Both the position numbers and the translations under genes were made by a program. From the IMG/VR virus record IMGVR_UViG_3300048861_000025, positions 1-42,805 of that record: DNA of 42,805 nucleotides. The stretch is one strand, 5' to 3'. A model generated the notes under the pieces. That model did not search any database, was not told where the DNA came from, and saw nothing but the letters and a program-made list of their open reading frames with translations. Positions 7,655 through 15,677 of this stretch are shown here, piece by piece. Positions within the stretch are counted from its first letter, which is position 1; each line of letters starts with the position of its first letter. Origin of the DNA: a virus. Taxonomy: Duplodnaviria > Caudoviricetes.

Positions 7655-8460
7655 GCGGCCTCCTTTCTCTTCGGCAAGCCGCGGCACTCGCGCTCGTAAT
7701 CGGACAGCGGTGCACCTTTGTAGAGAGGATGGGGCTTGTACTGCGGCTCGGCGATCACGTTGGCTAGAATCACCTTCCAACTCTCCCGCGTGTTCAGCAG
7801 TGCGGGGCCGTCCGGGCCGTCAAGCTGGTCTGCGGGCGTGGTCATCACCATGATCGGGTCGAGCACATCACACGGCACAGCGAGGTCCGCGCCGGCGTTG
7901 TAATAGCCAAGGTGTGCGCGGACGTTTTCTTCCGAGTAGCGTCCAGCGTTGGATGCGCGGAATCGATACCCGGTGTCGTCGGGGCCCCAAAGCGTGATGT
8001 ACCGATGGTCGCGCCGCGTATGCTTCTCGCTGATGACGTAGTACTCTCGCGGCTCATTCGGGTCGCGGTCCATGATCGGAAGCGCAAACGCTGCGATGCG
8101 CACGGCTTCAGCGGCGTCAGGCGAGTAGCCCCAAATGTTGTCGCTTCTGTTGCCAAGCTGCTGCGTGGCGATGCGCCAGCGCGGGATCTTCTCGCCCGTC
8201 GTGATGTAGTCGCGCATGCACTCAACAAGGCCGCGCAGCGTACCGCCATGCGTGAATCCATTCCAGCGACCGTTGTCGTGCGTGTAGATGTGCTTCTGAC
8301 TGTAGTCGTCGACAAAGCGAACGCGGCTGCGAGCATCCAGTTCGATACGCGCATACGTGTCTTTACTTTTGCAGTAGAAGAAGCGCCGACCGTGCGCCGC
8401 GATTACCTGAATTAGCTGATTCGCGTGAACGACGCGGTCATGTTTTGTGCTTGCTGCCAT
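7651..8460 (-). CDS. Hypothetical phage protein, probably two fused modules
   Basis: HGRRFF...W.GFTHGGTLR.LV module followed by YYVISEKHT...ITLWGP..GY...AGRY module. Confidence 0.75.
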   Translation of the reverse strand: MAASTKHDRVVHANQLIQVIAAHGRRFFYCKSKDTYARIELDARSRVRFVDDYSQKHIYTHDNGRWNGFTHGGTLRGLVECMRDYITTGEKIPRWRIATQQLGNRSDNIWGYSPDAAEAVRIAAFALPIMDRDPNEPREYYVISEKHTRRDHRYITLWGPDDTGYRFRASNAGRYSEENVRAHLGYYNAGADLAVPCDVLDPIMVMTTPADQLDGPDGPALLNTRESWKVILANVIAEPQYKPHPLYKGAPLSDYERECRGLPKRKEAA

Positions 8461-8471
8461 GACTGGTATCC

Positions 8472-8499
8472 AAAAAGAGTGGGCCGGGACAGCGCCCAC
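8472..8499 (-). terminator. tL1-like intrinsic terminator
   Basis: GTGGGC-9nt-GCCCAC followed by TCTTTTT on the minus strand. Confidence 0.5.
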
Positions 8500-8532
8500 A
8501 AAGCCGCGGCTTGGGGGCCGCCGGACCGAGAG

Positions 8533-8703
8533 TTAATCTCCGACGCGCGGATAGTGCGCATCGCATTCGTGTTCGAACTCAAACTCGCGCGGCAGGTGCG
8601 CATCGCGCTGGTCTGCCTGCTTTGCTACCTGCACCATGCGGATCGCTGTAACGGCCAGAAGAGCGCACAGGACTACTAAACACAGGATGATGTTCGAGAC
8701 CAT
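8533..8703 (-). CDS. 56-aa protein with N-terminal TM
   Basis: MVSNIILCLVVLCALLAVTAIRMVQ...; internal DAH.PR repeat; below ORF-track cutoff. Confidence 0.6.
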   Translation of the reverse strand: MVSNIILCLVVLCALLAVTAIRMVQVAKQADQRDAHLPREFEFEHECDAHYPRVGD

Positions 8704-8721
8704 TGGTGAGCCTTTACGGGA

Positions 8722-8856
8722 TCAGGTGCAGCGCGACAGGCAGGTGAGGGCGGTGCTCGCGCCTCGTTCATCCCATTGCTGCACGGTTGCACAGAGCAGG
8801 ACGACAGCCGCGAGAGCAGAGGTCGTCACAGCCACGTATTTGAAGAGAGCGAGCAT
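8722..8856 (-). CDS. 44-aa protein with N-terminal TM
   Basis: MLALFKYVAVTTSALAAVVLLCATVQQWD...; TAATG coupling to upstream gene. Confidence 0.62.
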   Translation of the reverse strand: MLALFKYVAVTTSALAAVVLLCATVQQWDERGASTALTCLSRCT

Positions 8857-9065
8857 TACCACGCACCGAAGTAACGGCAGACGCCTTCGACGATGAACGG
8901 CGAGGCCGCGAGGATCGCGAAGCACAGCAACGGGCGCTTCGTCGTGCGGCGCGCGTACTGTTCGAGTTCCGCGTCACTCATTCCGCCGTCGGCGAAGTAA
9001 TCGATCTCGTTGGCTGGCCGCGTTGCTTCGGTGAAGCGCGGCGCTGGTGCATGCAAGGTGCTCAT
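8856..9065 (-). CDS. 69-aa first gene of the PL operon, C-terminal TM
   Basis: GGGAG SD, directly downstream of PL; hydrophobic LLCFAILAASPFIV. Confidence 0.7.
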   Translation of the reverse strand: MSTLHAPAPRFTEATRPANEIDYFADGGMSDAELEQYARRTTKRPLLCFAILAASPFIVEGVCRYFGAW

Positions 9066-9103
9066 CTCAGGTCTCCCGGTAGGTCGGTGAGTGCGTGAGA
9101 TGA

Positions 9104-9144
9104 ATTAAACACTATGTTTATGTTTTCGTCAAACAAAATGTTTA
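9104..9144 (-). promoter_or_regulatory. PL promoter with two repressor operators
   Basis: TTGACG(9132-9127)-17nt-TTTAAT(9109-9104); TAAAC-N5-GTTTA 9106-9120 and CAAAC-N5-GTTTA 9130-9144. Confidence 0.85.
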
Positions 9145-9306
9145 GTCAGCCATGCGGCCGTCGAATTATCGCTAGCGGCGCGAGCGAGTCGGTCCTAGGT
9201 ACTTGATTGCCAAAATCGGGTGCCGCAATAATTGCCACTAGCTCAGCGGGCGCGGGCGTGCGTATCCCCGCGCCGCGGTTATGCCTGCAGCGTCTTTTTG
9301 CGCGTA

Positions 9307-9333
9307 GAAATAGAAGACCCCGCGAATGCGGGG
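9307..9333 (-). terminator. Terminator ending the cI-distal accessory genes
   Basis: CCCCGC-ATTC-GCGGGG then TCTTCTATTTC, just after the 9357 stop. Confidence 0.6.
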
Positions 9334-9356
9334 CTCAGATAAAAAGGGTGATCCGG

Positions 9357-10127
9357 TTACGCCGCGACCGCGCGTCTCGACCAGTCAGGCAGATCTGACA
9401 ATGTCGTGACTTCTGCCGTCTGCGCGAGGAGTGTAGCGGCTCGGCCGAATTCGGCCGCAGTCGCGCCTTCTTCGAATACGACGAGCCTCCGGCTTACGGC
9501 ATCCGCTTGCTTAACGTCCGCCAACTTCCCGTAAACTTGATGGACCCGCCCCCAGTCGATCTTCTCGCTGCTAACTAGGGCAATGGGCTCGATCAGGAAG
9601 ATCCCATCGTTGGCCGACCTTAGCGCCAAGGGGAACTCGACCGTATGTCCGCTGATTCCTTGGATTCGATACGAAGTTGTTATCTTTTCTTCACCAACTG
9701 CGTTCACCAGAGCCTTCTGCACCAGTGCTCGGAAACGAATATGGTCTATCTTCGGCATCCATTTGTCGCCCGAAAAAGACAGCGACATCGCCAGCTTCAC
9801 AGCGTCCCATAAGGCCATTTCCGCTTCAGCTATAGGACCGCTAGCCGTAATGGCCAGATCGTTTCCAAAATGGGCGAACTGGACGCCAGTTGTGCGATTC
9901 AGAAGGTCGAGCCTAGCCTTTGTGATTTCGATCCCTGATTGCGACGCATGCATAGCGCTTTCGCCGCCATCTGTCAGATAAAAGGTCTCGTCTGACGGTT
10001 GCGCCAAGTAAAAAGCAGCGTGCCGGCCGTCGCGGCCAAGAGTGAACGGAGCAATCGCTCTCACGGACTTCGCCCCGGCAGGAGCGCAGCGCCATCCAGT
10101 GATGTCGAGAAGCTGATCGCAGTTCAT
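9357..10127 (-). CDS. DUF1828/DUF1829-like protein
   Basis: PF...DG...FYL...FYLTDGG N-domain; IQGISGHTVEFPL C-domain; lower GC; ATGA coupling. Confidence 0.72.
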   Translation of the reverse strand: MNCDQLLDITGWRCAPAGAKSVRAIAPFTLGRDGRHAAFYLAQPSDETFYLTDGGESAMHASQSGIEITKARLDLLNRTTGVQFAHFGNDLAITASGPIAEAEMALWDAVKLAMSLSFSGDKWMPKIDHIRFRALVQKALVNAVGEEKITTSYRIQGISGHTVEFPLALRSANDGIFLIEPIALVSSEKIDWGRVHQVYGKLADVKQADAVSRRLVVFEEGATAAEFGRAATLLAQTAEVTTLSDLPDWSRRAVAA

Positions 10128-10660
10128 AGTTGAAGCTCGATTTGAGCGCCGCGTAGCGGATGAACAAACCCATTTATCAGGGTCAGATTTGCACGTGGCA
10201 AAAAATAGTTTACGAGCAATTCTATGTCATTGAGATCATTGTCGATAGGCTCGGCGTACCCGTAGCCCTCGTTTGACCAGGTGTGCATGTGGTAGCGCCC
10301 CTGCAGCGCCATTTTGTAGAGCGGTCTACCCACGCCGATCTTGTTGGTGTGACGCGTGTCGTCGGCATCCACCGCAAAAATGCGTTCGCCCCCCGCCGTG
10401 ATCGCCGCATTGAAGATCGCTTCGAACTCGATCGTTGAACCACCAATAACCTGCGTTTTTGCCGCGCGGTATTGCGTTCTGAAAAACAAGTCCTCTCTGA
10501 TCTCGTTTTCGATCCGACATACGGAGACAAACTCCATCCATTGCGGGTTTGACGCGCTCTTTTTTGCAACCCACTCCATCGGACGAACAGTCAACTTAGG
10601 AATGTCGATGATTGCTTGCGCTTCCGCTGGGGTGAGAAGCGGCGCCGCCTTGTTCTTCAT
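10124..10660 (-). CDS. DUF6978-like His-rich protein
   Basis: LT..EA..I...K, RIFAVD...RHTN, YHMHTW..EGYGYAEP, F...AN pattern. Confidence 0.68.
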   Translation of the reverse strand: MKNKAAPLLTPAEAQAIIDIPKLTVRPMEWVAKKSASNPQWMEFVSVCRIENEIREDLFFRTQYRAAKTQVIGGSTIEFEAIFNAAITAGGERIFAVDADDTRHTNKIGVGRPLYKMALQGRYHMHTWSNEGYGYAEPIDNDLNDIELLVNYFLPRANLTLINGFVHPLRGAQIELQL

Positions 10661-10787
10661 GATTGTGCAGTGGGAGCGATAAACAAATTTTGGTGCTGCG
10701 CAAAAACCTCAAGCCGGCAAATCCCGTCTCTGACAGCAGGCGCTACAGCACCCAGCTATACAAACAAACTGGCCAGCGCCGTGCAGA

Positions 10788-11060
10788 TTAGGCGAAATCA
10801 TGGCGACAGAAGCGGCAGATTTTTGCCTCTGCTTTGACTGATTCAGCGCATTGCGGACAGGTCTTCGTTTCGTCTGGGGCGTCACGCTCGACGGCCAATT
10901 CTTTGTTATCTGGAAGTTTGGAACTGCAAGCGACGACGACGGTCGCTATCAGGCCGAAAGGGATAGCCAGTAGCGCCCACGCAATGGGACTTCGGTTTTT
11001 CGAGCTCGCGACCAACGCTGTGATGATCATGCAGACCAGCCAAACCACAATGAACAACAT
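10788..11060 (-). CDS. Two-TM membrane protein with C-terminal zinc ribbon
   Basis: Hydrophobic N-half; CPQCAESVKAEAKICRFC; directly downstream of cI. Confidence 0.8.
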   Translation of the reverse strand: MLFIVVWLVCMIITALVASSKNRSPIAWALLAIPFGLIATVVVACSSKLPDNKELAVERDAPDETKTCPQCAESVKAEAKICRFCRHDFA

Positions 11061-11104
11061 TACCGACCCCGGGTCTAGTTTTTAATATTTTGAATCGCAC
11101 GCTT

Positions 11105-12100
11105 TCAGCCTGGACGCCACGCGGACGGCTTCGCTATCCAGCCTACGTAGTGCATTTTCTCGATGTTGTCTTTGTCGATTGCGATAGGGGCGTGCGTTTC
11201 GTTCACTGAAATCAGATGCACGCGGCCCGCTCGCTCGTACAGGAACTCTTTGACCATGACGCGGCCGTCTTTCGACTTGACCAAGACTTCGTCGCCTGGC
11301 TCGACCTTATGGTTCGGCTCGACAACCACAAATTCCCTGTCTTTGATCCGGGGGCGCATTGAGTCGCCGACGCAGCGGAGCGCGTAAGCGTCCTTGTCCG
11401 CAGTCGGTGCCGCAACGAATCCATCTCCGTAACCAACCGGGTATTCGATGTCGACAAAATGTCCGTTATCGCCCAACTGAGCAAACCCCACAACCGGCAC
11501 GCCGTGCCATTTAAGATCCGTGATCGGGTCGAACGCATCCGCGTACCGTATGGCCACCCCGGGCTCTCCCTTGCCCTTGAGCAGCCAAACCGAATTCACG
11601 CCATATGTGTTTTGTATAGCGACAGCCTGAACCAGTGACACATCCGGTCCAATCCCGCCCAGCCACAGTGCAGCGGTCTCGACTCCCACTCCTGCGACCG
11701 AAGCCAGCGCGGCGGGCGACACTTCTTTACCGCCCAAAGCGCGGCGCAGGCGGTGCGCGGGTGTTTCGTCAGCGGTCAGTGTATTGGCGTGCGGGCCGGG
11801 TTGCGACTTGATTACGCCTTTCTTTCGGTCGCTTTTCGGCGCATCGGAGTTGGGCGTTTCGTGCTTGACGGGGGCTTGCGTGCCGGCCGCTAGCATAGGC
11901 AATGCGCCCGTTTCGAGCCACGTCGCGCTACATCCGATTTTCTTTTGCGCCTCGATCATCCCCCCCTTGGAGATGCCTCGGCGTTGCCAGTTGTTAACCA
12001 GTTGTTCGGAAATATTCAAAAATTTGGCGAGCTGCGCCGGCCCCTCGATTTGATGGAGGAGGTTGGCGGCTTTGTACAACCTTTTCATTGTCGCGTGCAT
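11105..12100 (-). CDS. cI: CI-like repressor: two HTH domains plus S24 autopeptidase
   Basis: AQLAKFLNISEQLVNNWQRRG...WLETG; second AALASVAGVGVETAALWLGG...WLLKG; GDSM and VMVK catalytic Ser/Lys; start refined to ATG 12100 (or 12088). Confidence 0.9.
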   Translation of the reverse strand: MHATMKRLYKAANLLHQIEGPAQLAKFLNISEQLVNNWQRRGISKGGMIEAQKKIGCSATWLETGALPMLAAGTQAPVKHETPNSDAPKSDRKKGVIKSQPGPHANTLTADETPAHRLRRALGGKEVSPAALASVAGVGVETAALWLGGIGPDVSLVQAVAIQNTYGVNSVWLLKGKGEPGVAIRYADAFDPITDLKWHGVPVVGFAQLGDNGHFVDIEYPVGYGDGFVAAPTADKDAYALRCVGDSMRPRIKDREFVVVEPNHKVEPGDEVLVKSKDGRVMVKEFLYERAGRVHLISVNETHAPIAIDKDNIEKMHYVGWIAKPSAWRPG

Positions 12101-12120
12101 GCGCGCAATGGTCGCCGAAG

Positions 12121-12185
12121 TAAACGTTTTGTTGTTCAACGCCACGTTTAAATTGCTTGCGGCAAAACTAAACGTGGTGTTTAAT
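12121..12185 (+). promoter_or_regulatory. OR operators and PR promoter
   Basis: TAAAC-N5-GTTGT 12121-12135, TCAAC-N5-GTTTA 12136-12150, TAAAC-N5-GTTTA 12169-12183; TTGCGG(12157)-17nt-TTTAAT(12180). Confidence 0.85.
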
Positions 12186-12193
12186 GATGTCTC

Positions 12194-12406
12194 ATGAACA
12201 CACCCACCTTCTCCGTTGAATCCGACCGGGCTCTGATCAAGCGGCTCGGCGGCCCCGCGAGCGTCGCGAAGCTCCTCGGTTTCAAGAGGGGTGGAACCCA
12301 GCGCGTCCACAACTGGACCGTTCGCGGCATCCCCGCCGGCGTCCGGCTGCGGCGCCCCGATCTTTTCAATGCCGGCAGCGGCAACGCTTTCTCCAGGGCA
12401 GCTTGA
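12194..12406 (+). CDS. cro: Cro-like repressor
   Basis: LIKRLGGPASVAKLLG...QRVHNW..RGIP; divergent from cI. Confidence 0.85.
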   Translation: MNTPTFSVESDRALIKRLGGPASVAKLLGFKRGGTQRVHNWTVRGIPAGVRLRRPDLFNAGSGNAFSRAA

Positions 12407-12407
12407 C

Positions 12408-12575
12408 ATGGCGCTTACCGCAACTGAACAGAAGCAGATCCGGGAAGCGCTGTGCGCGATAGCAGTTCGAGGCGCTCGGTACCCGGAAGAGTACGAGAAG
12501 GCTCGGACAGAACTGGTGACGCAGTTCGAGGCGTTGAAAGTGGTTGCAACGCAGCCAGCAGAAGCAAAGAAGTAA
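12408..12575 (+). CDS. 55-aa hypothetical protein
   Basis: MALTATEQKQIREAL... starts 1 nt after the cro stop. Confidence 0.55.
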   Translation: MALTATEQKQIREALCAIAVRGARYPEEYEKARTELVTQFEALKVVATQPAEAKK

Positions 12576-12713
12576 CTGCCGCGCGTCCATCGGGCGCGGC
12601 GGCAGCAAAAGATTCCCGTAGCGTTTTCATTTTCTCTTATCCCTGTGTCACATGTGCCCGGTTAGTTGTCCTTATCGCACATTGACACTGTAGCCACTAA
12701 CGAGTGACAGATC

Positions 12714-13310
12714 ATGCGAGACAGTTCGCACAAGTCCCGAATCGGAATCATCCGCGACCACATTGCGGCGTGGCGCAAGGCGCACGGTTGGAGCCGTGAG
12801 ACAGCCGCAGCGGAGATCGTCGCCGCTCATGAGCGCATCGGCGGTCATCTGTCTGGCGTGATTGTGTTCGACAAGAACGGAGACGCCTACGCAACGCAGA
12901 AGAACCACGCTGATCGCATCTGGCGTTGGCTGGACGACGAGTCGAAAGAAAACAATCTGATGCCGGCGAACTTCGAGAATTCGATTCTCGCTGCGCTACC
13001 ACTCGAGCGGCGCGTTGACCTACTGAACGAGATCCTCGCGCAGATCGATTGCGCCGCGCGAGCGCGGCACCACGATGCCGACGCTCAACTCAATGCTCAC
13101 GAGCTCGTGCAAACGATCATGCGCGCCAACCATCGCACCGAGTCCGATGCTGCCGATCTGCTCGACGGTGTTGACCCGGGAGAACTGCCACGTCTGCGCA
13201 GTAGCCTGGTCGACGACATCCGCGTCAAGCAACGCACGCTGCGCGTCGTGGAATCGGCTTTGTCTACGACTGGCGAAGCGGTCACAACCGAAATGCGAAA
13301 GGTGTCCTGA
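12714..13310 (+). CDS. YdaT/CII-like regulator
   Basis: cII position; AW...ADRIWRWLDD...SILAALPLERR pattern. Confidence 0.7.
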   Translation: MRDSSHKSRIGIIRDHIAAWRKAHGWSRETAAAEIVAAHERIGGHLSGVIVFDKNGDAYATQKNHADRIWRWLDDESKENNLMPANFENSILAALPLERRVDLLNEILAQIDCAARARHHDADAQLNAHELVQTIMRANHRTESDAADLLDGVDPGELPRLRSSLVDDIRVKQRTLRVVESALSTTGEAVTTEMRKVS

Positions 13311-13582
13311 TGCGATCCACGCACACACAACTGGCCGGTTATGACTCGGTCACCGGCGCGAAACGCTGCACGCAGAAGCAGATGATCCTTAACCTGTTCT
13401 ACAGCCCCCACATGACGCTCACGCGGCAGGAGATCGCCGACCGCACGAATCTGCGTCTGTCGAGCGTCTGCGGCCGCGTGCGCGAACTGCTCGACGGCGA
13501 AGCACTTGAGGTGCGCGGCGAGCAGAAGTGCGCGGCCACTGGTGTGCTGAACGAAATCGTTGGTCTGCCGAGCGCGAATTGA
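13310..13582 (+). CDS. Small winged-HTH protein
   Basis: LTRQEIADRTNLRLSSVCGRVREL. Confidence 0.75.
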   Translation: MRSTHTQLAGYDSVTGAKRCTQKQMILNLFYSPHMTLTRQEIADRTNLRLSSVCGRVRELLDGEALEVRGEQKCAATGVLNEIVGLPSAN

Positions 13583-13583
13583 G

Positions 13584-14765
13584 ATGGCACTCGCCGACGT
13601 CCTTCACTTGCCCGAGCACCGCGGCGCACAACTCGAAGACGGCTACATGCGCGTCGCCAACGAGCTGGCGCGTGCGATCACGTGGGCTCGCCTGACGTCG
13701 AATCAGCGCTGCATTCTCGATGTCGTGATGTGGCAGACCTACGGCTTCAACAAGTCGATCGACGACATCTCTCGCACGCAGTTTGCAGCCGAAACGGGTA
13801 TCGATCCGTCTGATGTGCGCATTGTTTTGAACCAACTGGTCGAGCTGAATATCATCACGCGCGGCGAAGGCAGGTATGCGCGTTCGTACAGCATCAACAA
13901 GCGTCATACCACGTGGAATCTGCCCGACGCACGCAAGCTCGTGAATAAGCCGGGCTATCAGGGGGGAGTTTCCCTCCTAAGCGGGGGGGAAGTTCCCTTT
14001 TTCCAGGGGGGAGATTCCCCTGAAGAAGGAGGGGAATTCCCCCCTACAAAAGACAACTCCAAAAAACATAACCAAAAGACAACTCCAAAAGAAAACCTTT
14101 CGCGCTCGCTTCGCGAACGCTTTGAGATTTTCTGGGCGGCGTACCCGAAGAAGAAATCGAAGACCACGGCGGAAAAGGCGTTTGCCAAACGCAATCCGGA
14201 CGAGCAGCTCTTCAACGACCTGATGGCAGGTCTGGAGCGTGCCAAGACTTCGGAGCAGTGGCAGAACCCGAAATTCATCCCCCACGCAGGCACTTGGCTG
14301 AACGCCGGCGGCTGGATGGACGAAATCCAGAGCTCATACACCGATGACGAACTTGCCGTGATCCGAGCCTTTAACGGGGCACTCGGGGAGCGTATCGGCA
14401 CGGTGGACGAGGCAGTCTTCGTTGAGGCGCGCGCCGGCGCAATCCGCGCGTTCCTTGGAAAACTTGCCGCAGACCCCGAGGCGTGGAGGCGGTATTTCCC
14501 GGCTGTGCGAGACAAGGTCGATCTGCCGCCGCACGCGGGCTTCGATTACCTGATCAGCCCGAAAGGCTACGGCGACGTGAAGGGGCGCATGGCAATCAAA
14601 CGCAACCCGGACGGCACCCGCGCTGCAGGCGAGTGGGACAAGTCGGCCAGCGGCATCAAGGCAATGGCAAAGGAAATGGGAGTGGCGTTCACGGATGACG
14701 AACCGGTGCCCGCCATCGCGGCGCGCGTCCGGTCCGCCATTGCGAAACAGGATGGAAATTCATGA
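13584..14765 (+). CDS. Replication initiator (lambda O-like)
   Basis: QLEDGYMRVANEL...TYGFNK..D.IS..Q N-domain; FEIFWAAYPKK...KAF...FIPHA.TWLN..W.DE; internal iterons. Confidence 0.9.
   Translation: MALADVLHLPEHRGAQLEDGYMRVANELARAITWARLTSNQRCILDVVMWQTYGFNKSIDDISRTQFAAETGIDPSDVRIVLNQLVELNIITRGEGRYARSYSINKRHTTWNLPDARKLVNKPGYQGGVSLLSGGEVPFFQGGDSPEEGGEFPPTKDNSKKHNQKTTPKENLSRSLRERFEIFWAAYPKKKSKTTAEKAFAKRNPDEQLFNDLMAGLERAKTSEQWQNPKFIPHAGTWLNAGGWMDEIQSSYTDDELAVIRAFNGALGERIGTVDEAVFVEARAGAIRAFLGKLAADPEAWRRYFPAVRDKVDLPPHAGFDYLISPKGYGDVKGRMAIKRNPDGTRAAGEWDKSASGIKAMAKEMGVAFTDDEPVPAIAARVRSAIAKQDGNS
13964..14095 (+). repeat. Phage replication origin: 4 iterons plus A-rich repeats
   Basis: GGG-N5-CCC at 13964, 13987, 14009, 14031 (spacing 23/22/22); then CAAAAGACAACTCCAAAA twice. 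Confidence 0.85.
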
Positions 14766-14989
14766 ATACACAAACAGAATCCGCTTTCTGGCTCGTCTGG
14801 TCACCGAGCGGCTCGACGCCGCCGAAGCATCGCCACCTGACCGAGCAGCAGGCCGTGCACGAGGCTGAGCGCCTCGCCAAGGAGCATCCGGGCCAACTGT
14901 TCGTGGTGGTCGAATCCATCGCGGCTCGCCGCGTAGACAACATGGTCCGCACGGAATACACCGGCGGCTCTCTGACGATCCCGTTCTGA
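14762..14989 (+). CDS. Hypothetical phage protein
   Basis: FWLVW.P.G..PP...H....A..EAERLA..HPG..F.V; ATGA coupling. Confidence 0.75.
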   Translation: MNTQTESAFWLVWSPSGSTPPKHRHLTEQQAVHEAERLAKEHPGQLFVVVESIAARRVDNMVRTEYTGGSLTIPF

Positions 14990-14994
14990 CCGCC

Positions 14995-15123
14995 ATGAAC
15001 ATTTTCGAATTCATGGACCGCAATCCGTTGCTGAGCCTGTTGCTCGCGATCGCCGCAGGCGCGGCATTTTGGGCGACGGTCACAGACGTGGTGCGAACGA
15101 TCGTCGCGGGGTTCATGCGATGA
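14995..15123 (+). CDS. 42-aa TM peptide
   Basis: MNIFEFMDRNPLLSLLLAIAAGAAFWATVTDVVRTIVAGFMR; fills the gap, ATGA overlap with next gene. Confidence 0.6.
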   Translation: MNIFEFMDRNPLLSLLLAIAAGAAFWATVTDVVRTIVAGFMR

Positions 15124-15677
15124 GCAAGCGCGCACCCTGGCCGATGGTAGTCCCAACAGGTACGACGATGGTCGGCACCGCGCGCGTTCGCGACGCCGCG
15201 CTGCCGAAGATGACGACCGCGCAACGTCGGATCTACGAAAAGACCGGCAACCCGCCGCAATCGAGCGCGCTCGACGATCCGCTCGACCCGTTTCCCGCGC
15301 ACCGCCAACACCCGGTATCGCTCGGCACGAAGAAGCCAGCGAAATACCGCAACACGAAGTGCGAGCACGAAGGCATCAAGTTCGACAGCCAGAAAGAGCG
15401 GTCGCGCTGGTTTCACCTGATCCAGTTGCAGGCCGCCGGCGAGATCCGCGACTTGCGCTTGCAGGTGGCGTTCGTGCTGACCGAGCGCAAGCGGCGCGAT
15501 GACGGCACGTGGGAGCGCGCATCGAAGTACGTCGCCGACTTCGTCTATGAGGTCGTTGCAACCGGTAAGCAGGTTGTCGAGGACGTGAAGTCCGTCGCCA
15601 CGCGGAAGAACCGGACCTACATCCAGAAGCGCAAGCAGATGCTCGAAAAGTACGACATCACCGTGAAGGAAATCTGA
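15120..15677 (+). CDS. DUF1064-like PD-(D/E)XK nuclease
   Basis: KYRN.K....GIKFDS.KE...YVADFVY...VVEDVK. Confidence 0.85.
   Translation: MSKRAPWPMVVPTGTTMVGTARVRDAALPKMTTAQRRIYEKTGNPPQSSALDDPLDPFPAHRQHPVSLGTKKPAKYRNTKCEHEGIKFDSQKERSRWFHLIQLQAAGEIRDLRLQVAFVLTERKRRDDGTWERASKYVADFVYEVVATGKQVVEDVKSVATRKNRTYIQKRKQMLEKYDITVKEI

Noticed and set aside
9150-9300. Possible sRNA or the 63-aa ORF 9207-9398 between PL and the accessory genes
   Set aside because: Only a GC-rich hairpin and a weak TTG-start ORF; not enough support
12101-12409. N-terminal extension of cI given by the ORF track (434 aa)
   Set aside because: Would overlap the operators, PR and all of cro; HTH homology starts near 12100
13961-14095. 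G/C-run repeats as CRISPR, contingency tract or G-quadruplex switch
   Set aside because: Four 22-23-bp spaced units plus an A-rich tract inside an O-like gene are explained as origin iterons; no cas genes or spacer-length units
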